Origin: Gemmatimonadaceae bacterium
GTDB lineage: Bacteria; Gemmatimonadota; Gemmatimonadetes; Gemmatimonadales; Gemmatimonadaceae
Direction: 5' to 3'
Length of the DNA: 64,000 bases
Assembly (NCBI GenBank): GCA_035765135.1
Contig: DASTYE010000118.1
Span: 13,477-77,476 of the forward strand
Below, piece by piece: positions 55,886-64,000 of the stretch. The notes under the pieces were generated by a model. That model did not search any database and was not told where the DNA came from. It saw only the letters and a program-made list of their open reading frames with translations. The stretch's first letter is position 1. Every line of letters begins with the position of its first letter. A program made the position numbers and the translations under genes.

Positions 55886-56090
55886 GTCTTCGTGTCACGC
55901 GCTACTGCCGCGCGGGACCCGTCCGCGCGCGCGATCGTGGCCCTCTGCACGCTTAGTGCCGCTGTGTGCGTTCGATCACAATTTGTTCGCGGGAAGAACG
56001 GCAAGGCCGACCGATGGCGTGCTCGGGCCTAACGTTGCTGCGTGGCAGACATCCTGCATTCCGTCGAGCGATTCCCACACCCAAGGCGAG

Positions 56091-56594
56091 ATGGCTGTCG
56101 AAGAAGGTCTCGAGAACGGATTGCTGCTTCGCACCCTGACGGATCCCGACACGGGGCTGCCGAGCGCGCTGTATTTTCGGCTCGTGCGCGAGTGGGAGGA
56201 GCGTCGCGCGGCGCGGCACGGCGGCCGCGTGCGAACGATCCGCATCTCGGTGCGTGGCGGCGACGATACGTCATGCCGCCGCTTCACGTTCGGGCTGTGT
56301 CGCGAATTCAGGAAAACGGATCTCATCGCGTCGTCCGGGCGCGCGCAGTATCGCCTGCTGCTGGTGGGGCGGGATGCCGACCAGGCGGATGCCATCCGCG
56401 ACCGCATCGAGCGGCTCAGAGACGACACCAACGCCCGCTCGGCCTCGGACGGGACGATCGAAGTGCAGGTCGCTCTCGACGAGGTGCACCCGGTTCGGGA
56501 GCGAGACGCGCACGAGCCACCGGATCTCAGGCAGATCGAGGACAGTGGATTCCAGCGTCGGTTCGACCCGGAGGGGCCGCAGCCTAACGCGTGA
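56091..56594 (+). CDS. degenerate GGDEF-like domain protein
   Basis: The ATG at 56091 gives 167 aa. DPDTGLPSALYFRLVREWE mimics the start of a GGDEF domain (D.LTGL.NRR.F). The position of R-GGDEF-xLL is occupied by ASSGRAQYRLLLV, so the active site is absent. Confidence 0.4.
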   Translation: MAVEEGLENGLLLRTLTDPDTGLPSALYFRLVREWEERRAARHGGRVRTIRISVRGGDDTSCRRFTFGLCREFRKTDLIASSGRAQYRLLLVGRDADQADAIRDRIERLRDDTNARSASDGTIEVQVALDEVHPVRERDAHEPPDLRQIEDSGFQRRFDPEGPQPNA

Positions 56595-56958
56595 CGAGCG
56601 CCCCGGCCGAAGAACGCGCGTGGCGCCAGTCCTCGACGACGGTCTGCAGCGCGGCCAGCGTTCGCAGCGCATAAAACGCGATTCCCTCGCGCTCCTGACG
56701 GGAGTGCGCCGTCTGGTCTCGCACCAGGCTCGCGAGCCTGTCACGGTTTTCGGTGTCACGAAGCTGGCTATCGACGCGCGGATCGCGAAGGCCGAGACGC
56801 TCCCAGAGACCGCCGATCGCGAGCACGTAGTCGAACAGCGCGGCGAGATCGTCCGCACGGGCCGCGGCGGCGTCCACCAGCGCGGAGAATCGATCGAGAT
56901 GCACGTCCTGCAGGACAGTCACCATCGCGCAGACCCGCCCGGCGTAAACCGCGGGCAC
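56584..56958 (-). CDS. hypothetical protein
   Basis: 124-aa ORF, helical-looking, with an 11-nt convergent overlap with the previous gene. No family recognised. Confidence 0.3.
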   Translation of the reverse strand: MPAVYAGRVCAMVTVLQDVHLDRFSALVDAAAARADDLAALFDYVLAIGGLWERLGLRDPRVDSQLRDTENRDRLASLVRDQTAHSRQEREGIAFYALRTLAALQTVVEDWRHARSSAGALVTR

Positions 56959-57015
56959 GATCTACGTCATCGCAGTTCGTCGCCCATGGCTCAGCGGTAG
57001 CACATCCCGCACCAC

Positions 57016-58032
57016 TTAGCGGCCGAGCAGCGATCTGAACGCATCGCCGGCACTGATGGCGCGCAGGTATTCCAGCTCCTCGGGCGCGAAGGGAGTGGGT
57101 ACGATCCCGAACGCGTCGCGCAGCGCGTTCCCCTCCACCACGTTGTCGACGGCGAGCAGATCCAGCAGATCGGTCGTCACCGGAGGGTTCGGCAGAATGC
57201 GCTGAAACAGAGCAATGACAGGGCGGAGCACGGCTGTTGGCACGGGGACGAGGATCCTGCGCGCTTCCATCGCCAGGAGAACGCGCTCGACCATCTGGCG
57301 GAGCGTCAGCTGCGCGGGCCCGCCAAGCGGGTACGCGCGACCAACCGTCCCGGCACGGCCGAGCGCGACGGCGACGACGCGGGCGACGTCGTCAACGGAT
57401 ATGGGTTGAAATCGCGCTGAGCCGCCACCGGGCACGGGGTAAATCACCGGCGACAGACGGACGAGCCGCGCCAGCACGTTCACGAATTCATCCTGCGGTC
57501 CGAAGATCACTGACGGGCAGAGCACGGTCCACTCGGCCTGGCTCGCGCGCACCGCATCCTCCGCCATGCCCTTGCTGCGGAGGAACCGGTAGGGTGACGT
57601 GCTCGAGGCGAAATTCTGCGACATGTGCACGAGACGCCGCACGCCGGCGGCGCGCATCGCGGCGAGCACTCGCTCGGTGCCGCGTGCGTTGACCTCATCG
57701 TAGGTTTGCCCCGGGCGCTCGATCGCGATCGCCGCGAGATGGACGACGGAGGTGCAGCCGCGCATGGCGCGCCCGAGTGACGTCGCGTCACGGATGTCGC
57801 CGACGTGCAGCTCAATGGGGAACTCCGCGAGCCGTTCGGCTGCTTTCGCCACCGAGCGCACGAGCCCTCGCACGCGTGCCCCGCTTCGGGCGAGCTCGCG
57901 ACACACGCGTGTGCCCACGAAGCCGGTGGCGCCGGTGACGAGCACCGTGTGATCGCGAAGTCGTCCCTCGGCCTCGGGCTGTTCGGCGACGGCCGTCGCG
58001 GGTCGCGATGCGGTGCCCGCCGCGTCGCTCAT
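57016..58032 (-). CDS. NAD(P)-binding epimerase/dehydratase-family (NDUFA9/atypical SDR-like) protein
   Basis: VLVTGATGFVGTRVCRELARSGARVRGLVR Rossmann motif. Confidence 0.7.
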   Translation of the reverse strand: MSDAAGTASRPATAVAEQPEAEGRLRDHTVLVTGATGFVGTRVCRELARSGARVRGLVRSVAKAAERLAEFPIELHVGDIRDATSLGRAMRGCTSVVHLAAIAIERPGQTYDEVNARGTERVLAAMRAAGVRRLVHMSQNFASSTSPYRFLRSKGMAEDAVRASQAEWTVLCPSVIFGPQDEFVNVLARLVRLSPVIYPVPGGGSARFQPISVDDVARVVAVALGRAGTVGRAYPLGGPAQLTLRQMVERVLLAMEARRILVPVPTAVLRPVIALFQRILPNPPVTTDLLDLLAVDNVVEGNALRDAFGIVPTPFAPEELEYLRAISAGDAFRSLLGR

Positions 58033-58205
58033 CGACGATCGCGGCGAGATGACTCGTCAGGCGCGGCGCGCGACACGATCCGCCAAATGAGCATCGACAC
58101 GCCGGCGGTGAGCAGCAGATGAATCCAGCCCGGTCCGGCGAACGCGAACGTGCCGACGGCCCAGACAACCAACATCGCGATTGCGGCAATTATCCAGACG
58201 TCCAT
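58029..58205 (-). CDS. lmo0937-like small membrane protein
   Basis: Not in the ORF track because it is 58 aa. Hand translation gives MDVWIIAAIAMLVVWAVGTFAFAGPGWIHLLLTAGVSMLIWRIVSRAAPDESSRRDRR. IHLLL in helix 2 is the family hallmark. ATGA overlap with the downstream epimerase-like gene. Confidence 0.55.
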   Translation of the reverse strand: MDVWIIAAIAMLVVWAVGTFAFAGPGWIHLLLTAGVSMLIWRIVSRAAPDESSRRDRR

Positions 58206-58455
58206 GTGATTGACTGACCTCTGAGTCGTCTCTAGATTGGCAAATGACCATCGGAACGCGCTGTTGCGAGAACGGGCGGTGCGTCGTCGGTGGTCTCGAA
58301 AGGGACGGAGAGCTCTAATTTTTGAGCCAACAAGTCCACTCGGGTGGGTTCGACATCTATGCGGACGTCATGCCCCAGTGCGGGGAAGGCGGAAGTGTGG
58401 TGAGGGCCTCATACATTCGGATGGGCTTCAAAAATCCTCTTCGTTCCCCACTGTG

Positions 58456-58488
58456 CGAGCCCCGTCGAAAGGCGGGGCTCGTTCTTTC
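58456..58488. terminator. 9-bp GC hairpin abutting the stop of the CaCA-like gene
   Basis: CGAGCCCCG - 8-nt loop - CGGGGCTCG. TTCTTTC follows on the plus strand. On the minus strand the hairpin sits 5 nt after the TGA of the transporter gene. Confidence 0.5.
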
Positions 58489-59695
58489 AGGTCTGCCCTC
58501 GCCGCCCTCTCACCATCTGGAAGAACACGCGCGGCGCGGCCGGCGGGCGCACGATGAACCAGAGCAGCAAACCAACGGCCCATGCGGCATACACCAGTGT
58601 AATCTCCTCACGCCACTCGGCGCGAAGGAACTGGACGAGCCAGAGAAAGAACAGCAGCGACGCGTTCCACCACTCGAAGCGCATGTTCGCGAGCAGCAGC
58701 ACGGCGACGACACTCTGCATGATCGTCAGCAGGATCTCCATGCGCTGCTCGCCATCGAAGGGAAGCGCCGAGGGCTCCCCGCGCGCGATCGAAAAGACGA
58801 TCGGGATCATCGCCGCGAGCACCGTCCACTGATTGACGTTGCTCGACAGCATGTTCATCAGCCCCATTGGGGCATGCGTGACACGCCGCGCCCACGCGAA
58901 CGCGGACACCTTCTCGGGAAACTCGCTGAGGAACGGAGCGACCCATTGCACGAACACGAACTGGCTGATGCCGAGGGACACCGCCAGCGCGAGCATCGAG
59001 TTCAGAAAGGGGTGCGCCGTGAAGTACAGCAGCACGCCGCCGACGACAAAGAAGGACACGATGGTCGCGTGGCGCCAGGCGCCCGGTCGCGTGTAGGCCC
59101 ACCGCGCTGGCGCCGGCGCGTCGGCGAGATTCTCCTGATCCTGCGGCGGGAAACGCCAGAGAATGCCCAGGTAAACCACGTACATGGCAATCAGGACGCC
59201 GGCGTCGACGAGACTCAGCGAGCCCTTGTACCACACCCAGAAGAAGTAAAGGACCGGCGGTATCGTCGCGAGCACCTCCACCGAGTGCTCGTCCTCGAGC
59301 TGGATCGCGCGCAAGGCCTTTCCCGCCTTTCGGCGATAGAAGGCGGCCACGAAGTAGATCATCGGCCACCCGAGGCCAATGAGCAGCCGGATTGCCCCGG
59401 TGTAATTCGCGATCGCGAGGTGGGAGTGACAGCCGATGGGAGGGTTGGCGACGAAACACTGCACGGGGTCGTTGCCCGCCTCCCACGCGATCACCGCCTC
59501 GACGGCGAATTCCGGCAGCGTCTGGAGCCACGCCAGGATCGCGAGCGCGAGCCCCTGTGAGATCATGAACTGCGCCGCCTCCGCCCCCCACGCGATCATG
59601 AACGCGCTGAACAGGATGCTGGGAAACGTCCACAGGGCCGACCATGCGGATGACGCGCCCTGCAGGATGGCGAGCAGCAGCAACTTGACTTTCAA
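58487..59695 (-). CDS. CaCA (Ca2+/cation antiporter)-like integral membrane protein
   Basis: About 10 TM segments. Two alpha-repeat-like motifs with a P-E-F/K core ([17 protein letters not shown] and [14 protein letters not shown]). Confidence 0.45.
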   Translation of the reverse strand: MKVKLLLLAILQGASSAWSALWTFPSILFSAFMIAWGAEAAQFMISQGLALAILAWLQTLPEFAVEAVIAWEAGNDPVQCFVANPPIGCHSHLAIANYTGAIRLLIGLGWPMIYFVAAFYRRKAGKALRAIQLEDEHSVEVLATIPPVLYFFWVWYKGSLSLVDAGVLIAMYVVYLGILWRFPPQDQENLADAPAPARWAYTRPGAWRHATIVSFFVVGGVLLYFTAHPFLNSMLALAVSLGISQFVFVQWVAPFLSEFPEKVSAFAWARRVTHAPMGLMNMLSSNVNQWTVLAAMIPIVFSIARGEPSALPFDGEQRMEILLTIMQSVVAVLLLANMRFEWWNASLLFFLWLVQFLRAEWREEITLVYAAWAVGLLLWFIVRPPAAPRVFFQMVRGRRGQT

Positions 59696-59916
59696 ATGGG
59701 CGCCATCCAGATAGGGGTGATCCCGGCGGTGAAAAGTTGCGTCAAGTTAGACGCGCACCGCGAGCGACTCAAGCTGGACGGGTGCGCGTGGCTGCGCGCC
59801 ATACGTTCGCGAACCAATACTCGCCCCATCGCTTCGTGACTCAACGACGAAACTCGCGCCCGCGCGCCGCCGCGCGCCGCGCGAAAGCCCCACCCGCGCC
59901 CCTCTCCGACCGCCGC

Positions 59917-60555
59917 GTGGACACGGACTCGCTCGAGCTCGCCGAGTTCGATGCCGGTCTCGACCTCGATCCGGGGCCGGCGCACAACGCCGAATTCGAA
60001 GGTCTCGTCCGACGCATCCTCGAGCTGATCGGCGAAGAGCCGTCGCGCGAGGGGCTGCTTCGCACACCGACGCGCGTCGCGAACGCGCTCAGCTGGCTCA
60101 CGCGCGGCTATGCTCTCGATGTGGAGGAGGTCGTCGGCGACGCCGTGTTCGCCGAGGCGCACGAGAGCATGGTGATGGTCCGCGACATCGAGCTCTACTC
60201 GCTCTGCGAGCACCATCTGCTCCCGTTCTTCGGCAAGGCTCACATCGCCTACATTCCCGACGGACACATCGTCGGACTCTCGAAGCTGCCGCGCATCGTC
60301 GATGTCTTCGCGCGCCGGCTCCAGGTGCAGGAGCGTCTTACCGAGCAGATCGCACAGGCCATTCAGGACGTGCTCGCGCCGAGGGGCGTCGGTGTCGTGA
60401 TCGAGGCGTACCACCTGTGCATGATGATGCGGGGTGTCGAGAAGCAGAACTCGAAGACCATCACCAGCGCGCTTCGTGGCTCGTTCCGCTCCGACGCGCG
60501 AACGCGAGACGAGTTTCTCCAGCTCGCGCACGGCAGCTCGACACCCTTGCGGTGA
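59917..60555 (+). CDS. folE: GTP cyclohydrolase I
   Basis: [57 protein letters not shown] and MMMRGV. The ORF is open to 59737. The GTG at 59917 fits the usual length. Confidence 0.85.
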   Translation: MDTDSLELAEFDAGLDLDPGPAHNAEFEGLVRRILELIGEEPSREGLLRTPTRVANALSWLTRGYALDVEEVVGDAVFAEAHESMVMVRDIELYSLCEHHLLPFFGKAHIAYIPDGHIVGLSKLPRIVDVFARRLQVQERLTEQIAQAIQDVLAPRGVGVVIEAYHLCMMMRGVEKQNSKTITSALRGSFRSDARTRDEFLQLAHGSSTPLR

Positions 60556-61268
60556 CAGGGACGCTCGACGGACAAACGGCCGTGGTTACCGGCGGCTCGC
60601 GCGGCATCGGACGCGCGACTGCCGCGCGGCTGGCCGCGGCTGGCGCGCGGGTGGCGTTGCTCGCGCGAGGGCAGTCGCAGCTCGAGGAGGCCGCACTGGC
60701 CATTGGGAAGGATGCGGTCGCGATTTCCTGTGACGTGACGCGACGCGCGTCGATCACCCGTGCGGCCGCCCGGATCGTCGACGAGTGGGGGGGCGCGCCG
60801 GATCTCCTCATCAACGCCGCCGGCGCCTTCGATCTCGCCCGGGTGGATGAGACGACGCCCGCACAGTTTTCGACGATGATCGAGGCAAATCTGGTTGCGC
60901 CGTTCGTCGTGACACGCACCTTCCTCCCCGAGATGCGTTCTCGCGGGCGGGGGCACGTCGTGTCGGTCGGCTCGGCCGCCGATCGCGAGATTTATCCGGG
61001 AAACGGAGCGTACTCCGCGAGCAAGTTCGGTTTGCGCGCACTGCACGAGGTGCTCCGCGTGGAGCTGCGGGGGAGTGGGGTACGGTCCACGCTGGTGTCC
61101 CCAGGCCCAACCGATACCGCGCTCTGGGAGGCGGTGCGGACCGACGGTGGCGACACCGTCTCGCGCGACCGCATGCTCGACGCCGATGCCGTTGCCGACG
61201 CGATCCTCTTCGCGGTGACGCGCCCCGCCGACGTGAACATCGATGAGCTTCGCCTCTCTCCTGCCTGA
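60552..61268 (+). CDS. SDR-family oxidoreductase
   Basis: [16 protein letters not shown] (TGxxxGxG), NAAG, and the catalytic [11 protein letters not shown] (YxxxK). The GTG start overlaps the folE stop (GTGA). Confidence 0.8.
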   Translation: MTGTLDGQTAVVTGGSRGIGRATAARLAAAGARVALLARGQSQLEEAALAIGKDAVAISCDVTRRASITRAAARIVDEWGGAPDLLINAAGAFDLARVDETTPAQFSTMIEANLVAPFVVTRTFLPEMRSRGRGHVVSVGSAADREIYPGNGAYSASKFGLRALHEVLRVELRGSGVRSTLVSPGPTDTALWEAVRTDGGDTVSRDRMLDADAVADAILFAVTRPADVNIDELRLSPA

Positions 61269-61277
61269 CGAATAGCC

Positions 61278-61922
61278 ATGTTCATCGAGCTGGTCGAGTC
61301 GCTCCGCTGCCCCCGCCCGCACGACTTCACCTGGCTGGTGGCCTCCACGCTCGAGATGGCGGGGCGCGACATTCGGCGCGGGCTGCTTGGCTGTCCCGCG
61401 TGCAGCGCGCGCTACCCGATTCGGGATGGAATCGTCGATTTTCGGACGCGGGATGGCACGACACCGATTCCCGATTCCCCGCCGCTTGCCAGTGCGCCCA
61501 GGGACCCCGATCTCGCGACGCGTGCGGCCGCGCTCCTCGACCTAACGAGTCCCGGCGGGTTCGTCCTGCTCGCCGGCTCGTGGAGCCTGGCCGCGCCAGC
61601 GCTGCGCGACCTCATCGAGGGGGTTGAGCTCCTGGTTCTGAATCCGACGATCGCGCTCGCCAGCGGCGACGGTATCTCGCTCGCGCGTACCGATGGCTCG
61701 ATCCCGATTCGACCGGCCGCGGCGCGAGGGATTGCGCTCGATGGGGGTCACGCCGCGCACGTGGACGGCGCGGCCACCGCCCTTCGTCAGTTCGGCCGTC
61801 TGGTGGCGCCCCTCAGGGCGACGCTGCCGTCGGGTCTCGAGGAGCTCGCTCGCGACAAGTCCGACTGGGTCGCGACCAAGCGGGTGGCGACATCGGAAGC
61901 CGTGCCGCTGAGGAGAGGCTGA
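61278..61922 (+). CDS. Trm112-like zinc-ribbon N-terminus fused to an unknown domain
   Basis: LRCPRPH...LLGCPACSARYPIRDGIVDFR matches the Trm112/DUF343 pattern (C-P..C...Y.I.DGI). The remainder is not recognised. Confidence 0.35.
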   Translation: MFIELVESLRCPRPHDFTWLVASTLEMAGRDIRRGLLGCPACSARYPIRDGIVDFRTRDGTTPIPDSPPLASAPRDPDLATRAAALLDLTSPGGFVLLAGSWSLAAPALRDLIEGVELLVLNPTIALASGDGISLARTDGSIPIRPAAARGIALDGGHAAHVDGAATALRQFGRLVAPLRATLPSGLEELARDKSDWVATKRVATSEAVPLRRG

Positions 61923-62013
61923 GGTAGTCGAGGTCGTCAAGGTCGTCGAGGTGCTCGAAGTGAAGCTTGTTCACCTCGATACCCTGGACGACCTCGGCGA
62001 CCTCGACGACCTC
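61921..62013. repeat. tandem-repeat palindrome G (9-nt period, homologue of D)
   Basis: Left arm GAGGTAGTC GAGGTCGTC AAGGTCGTC GAGGTG. 18-nt spacer. Right arm CACCTCGAT ACCCTGGAC GACCTCGGC GACCTCGAC GACCTC. Shares the GTCGAGG..GTCAAGG..GTCGAGGTG...TTCACCTCGAT core with D. Lies between convergent genes. Confidence 0.85.
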
Positions 62014-62016
62014 GAA

Positions 62017-62538
62017 CTACAGCGAGTCCGTCCCCGCCGTTCTCGCCGGAACGGGCACCTGTCCCGCTTCGCGAGCCTTGTCTATGCGGTGCCACACCGA
62101 GCTCGGCGTCGGCGCCATGCCAGCCGGCGGCGCAAACACCATCGTGTTGTCGGCCGCGCTCGCCAGAACCTGAATCGTTTCCCCCGCGAGGAGCGGCGGC
62201 CGACCTCCCGACGCGGTCGTCGTCACATTCTCGGGCGTGAGCGTGAGCAAGCCACTCGGCGTGATCGTAGCACCCCCCGTGGCGACGAACTGATCCCCCG
62301 CCGGGTAGACCGCTACCATGCGGAAGGTGCTCGGGGTGAGGCTCAACTGCACGCGTCGAGCGCCGGCGAACGCGGTCTGATTCGGGTCGGTAAAGAGCAC
62401 CCACTCGCCAAACGGGCTCGAACTCTGAGCGGGGGTGTGCGCCGGCGTCGAATCCGTCAGCTTCGCCTTACGGAACCAGCTGCACGCGGGAAGCGCCGCG
62501 AGCAGCGCCAGTGCCAACACCGTCCTGCGCATGTTCAA
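62017..62538 (-). CDS. hypothetical lipoprotein
   Basis: MNMRRTVLALALLAALPAC lipobox. No family recognised. Confidence 0.45.
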   Translation of the reverse strand: MNMRRTVLALALLAALPACSWFRKAKLTDSTPAHTPAQSSSPFGEWVLFTDPNQTAFAGARRVQLSLTPSTFRMVAVYPAGDQFVATGGATITPSGLLTLTPENVTTTASGGRPPLLAGETIQVLASAADNTMVFAPPAGMAPTPSSVWHRIDKAREAGQVPVPARTAGTDSL

Positions 62539-62617
62539 CTCCGGTTATGGTCTGCCATCCCCGTCCGGAAGTGCACCAACTATGCCGGGGCGGCCGCCCG
62601 TCGCGCGGGCAGTCAAC

Positions 62618-64000
62618 CTAGGCGGCGGTCTCCCTATCCTCCTCGTAAAGGCGATTGATCCGGTCGGCGTACCGCTTCTCGATGACACGCCGCCTCACCT
62701 TGTGGGACGGGGTCAACTCCCCGCTCTCGATCGTGAAATCCGTTTCGAGAAGGGCCACTTTCTTCGGGGTCTCGAACGACGCCAGGCCGGTGAGCTTCCG
62801 CAGGACCTCCTTCTCCATCTTCGCCAGAACGAGCGGCAGGTTGATGAGCTGCCGGCGGTCGGTCCAGATCAGGTTCTTGATCTTCGCCCACTTCTCGAGG
62901 TGCTCGAAGTTCGGCACGACGAGCACGATCGGGAACTTGCGCTTGTCGCCAAGCACGACGGCCTGCGAAACGTATTTGTTCGTCTTGATCATGTTCTCGA
63001 TCGGCTGGGGCGCAATGTTCTTCCCCCCGGCCGTGACGATGATGTCCTTTTTCCGATCGGTGATCGCGAGAAAACCGTCGTCGAGTACGCCGATGTCCCC
63101 GGTATGGAACCAGCCCTCGCCGTCGATCGCCTCACGAGTGGCGTCGGGCTTGTTGAAGTATCCCTTCATCACATGCGGGCCGCGCGTCAGGATCTCGCCA
63201 TCCGCGGCGATCGTGACCTCGACGCCCGGGATCGGCCGGCCGACGGTGCCGATCCGAAAGTGCCGGGGGGTGTTGACGGCGATGACCGGCGACGTCTCGG
63301 TGAGCCCGTAACCCTCGAGAATCGTGAGGCCGGCGGCGTAGAAGAACTTGTTGATCTCCGGCGCCAGGGGTGCCCCGCCGGAGACGAAGTAGCGCATGCG
63401 CCCGCCCGTACGCGCCTTGAGCTTGGAGAACACGAGCAGCTGCGACAGTCGATAGGCAAGCGCCAGCGGCCCACGCGGCGTGCGCCCGGCCAGGGTCTCG
63501 TCCGCCCATTTGTCGGCGACGTGTCGCGCCCAGAAGAAGATACGCTTCTTCACCGCGCCGCCCGCCAGCGCGTTCTCGAAGATGCGCGCGTAAATCTTCT
63601 CGTACAGCCGCGGGACCGCCATCATGACCGTCGGCCGCACCTCCTGCATGTTCACCGGCACCGTGTCGATCGACTCGGCGTACGCGATCGAGACGCCGCA
63701 GGCCATCATCAGGTAGTCGCCCATCCGCTCGAAGACGTGCGAGAGCGGGAGAAAGCTCAGCGCGACGTCATCCCGGAACGGAAGAATCTCGGTGCACACC
63801 TTCACGTTCGAATGAAAGTTGTCGTGCGTGAGCATGACACCCTTGGGCTCGCCGGTCGTCCCCGAGGTGTAGATCAGCGTCGCGACGTCGTCCGGCTTCG
63901 CGGTCATTGCCTCCTGGCGATACCTGGACTCCGGGTAGCCCGGCACGCCCTTGCCCCGCGTTTCGAGCGCCTCGAAGGTGAGATCGACACCGGGCCAGGT
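62618..64000 (-). CDS. long-chain acyl-CoA synthetase (AMP-forming), N-terminus beyond the window edge
   Basis: AMP-binding signature IYTSGTTGEPKGVMLTH, GYGLTETSP, and WFHTGDIG...ITDRKKDII. The frame stays open from 63946 to base 64000, so the gene is partial. Confidence 0.85.
   Translation of the reverse strand, partial: TWPGVDLTFEALETRGKGVPGYPESRYRQEAMTAKPDDVATLIYTSGTTGEPKGVMLTHDNFHSNVKVCTEILPFRDDVALSFLPLSHVFERMGDYLMMACGVSIAYAESIDTVPVNMQEVRPTVMMAVPRLYEKIYARIFENALAGGAVKKRIFFWARHVADKWADETLAGRTPRGPLALAYRLSQLLVFSKLKARTGGRMRYFVSGGAPLAPEINKFFYAAGLTILEGYGLTETSPVIAVNTPRHFRIGTVGRPIPGVEVTIAADGEILTRGPHVMKGYFNKPDATREAIDGEGWFHTGDIGVLDDGFLAITDRKKDIIVTAGGKNIAPQPIENMIKTNKYVSQAVVLGDKRKFPIVLVVPNFEHLEKWAKIKNLIWTDRRQLINLPLVLAKMEKEVLRKLTGLASFETPKKVALLETDFTIESGELTPSHKVRRRVIEKRYADRINRLYEEDRETAA

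Noticed and set aside
56254-57000. 248-aa plus-strand ORF overlapping the 56091-56594 and 56584-56958 genes
   Set aside because: The translation is Arg/Ser-rich and low complexity with no motifs. It overlaps better candidates on both strands.
58206-58486. Candidate small RNA in the 280-nt, less GC-rich gap, ending at the hairpin plus TTCTTTC on the plus strand
   Set aside because: The hairpin lies 5 nt beyond the stop of the minus-strand CaCA-like gene, so it is more simply that gene's terminator. I recognised no conserved ncRNA core (tmRNA, SRP, RNase P, 6S). It remains possible but unsupported.
1-64000. Mobile elements, prophage or a genomic island
   Set aside because: I saw no integrase, transposase, recombinase, phage structural genes, flanking tRNA genes or obvious compositional break. 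The window looks like core chromosome.

Overview
GC-rich bacterial chromosomal segment with about 60 tightly packed protein genes, many joined by 1-4 nt stop/start overlaps. I saw no rRNA, tRNA, CRISPR array, transposase, integrase or prophage genes. A high-GC diderm with SusC/SusD, PorV-like and Omp85-like proteins suggests a Gemmatimonadota-like organism, but this is inference only.

Gene blocks:
- 0-10.8 kb: PorV-like outer-membrane protein, zinc aminopeptidase, UvrD-type helicase, a SusC/SusD pair, small lipoproteins and a cupredoxin.
- 10.9-19.1 kb, minus strand: lipoate/pyruvate dehydrogenase operon in transcription order FAD oxidase, lipA, pdhA, pdhB, E2, lpd, lipB.
- 20.1-24.4 kb: overlapping GT2 / DUF3108 / deoxyhypusine-synthase-like cassette, then an M28 peptidase.
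- 24.5-28.4 kb: hypothetical protein, FmdB zinc ribbon, PspA-like coiled coil, POTRA/Omp85 protein and a DUF4349 lipoprotein.
- 28.4-35.7 kb, minus strand: peptide uptake genes (substrate-binding protein, OppBCDF-like, POT permease).
- 35.8-40 kb: LplA-like ligase, gcvP and a convergent gcvH.
- 40-46.8 kb: coaE, tdk, a degenerate DEAD-box/DbpA protein, an aminotransferase and small genes.
- 46.9-55.6 kb: archaeal-style end-resection cluster of nurA-like, herA-like, a secreted unknown, mre11/sbcD, rad50/sbcC and a GNAT.
- 55.6-64 kb: degenerate GGDEF, NAD epimerase-like, CaCA-like transporter, folE, an SDR, a Trm112-like protein and a partial acyl-CoA synthetase.

Two signals stand out. The first is a family of seven long intergenic palindromes whose arms are themselves 7-nt or 9-nt tandem arrays. 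Four of them punctuate the PDH/lipoate operon and one sits between nurA and herA. The second is the nurA-herA-X-mre11-rad50-GNAT cluster itself.

All calls rest on motif recognition by eye in the supplied translations. No database search was run.
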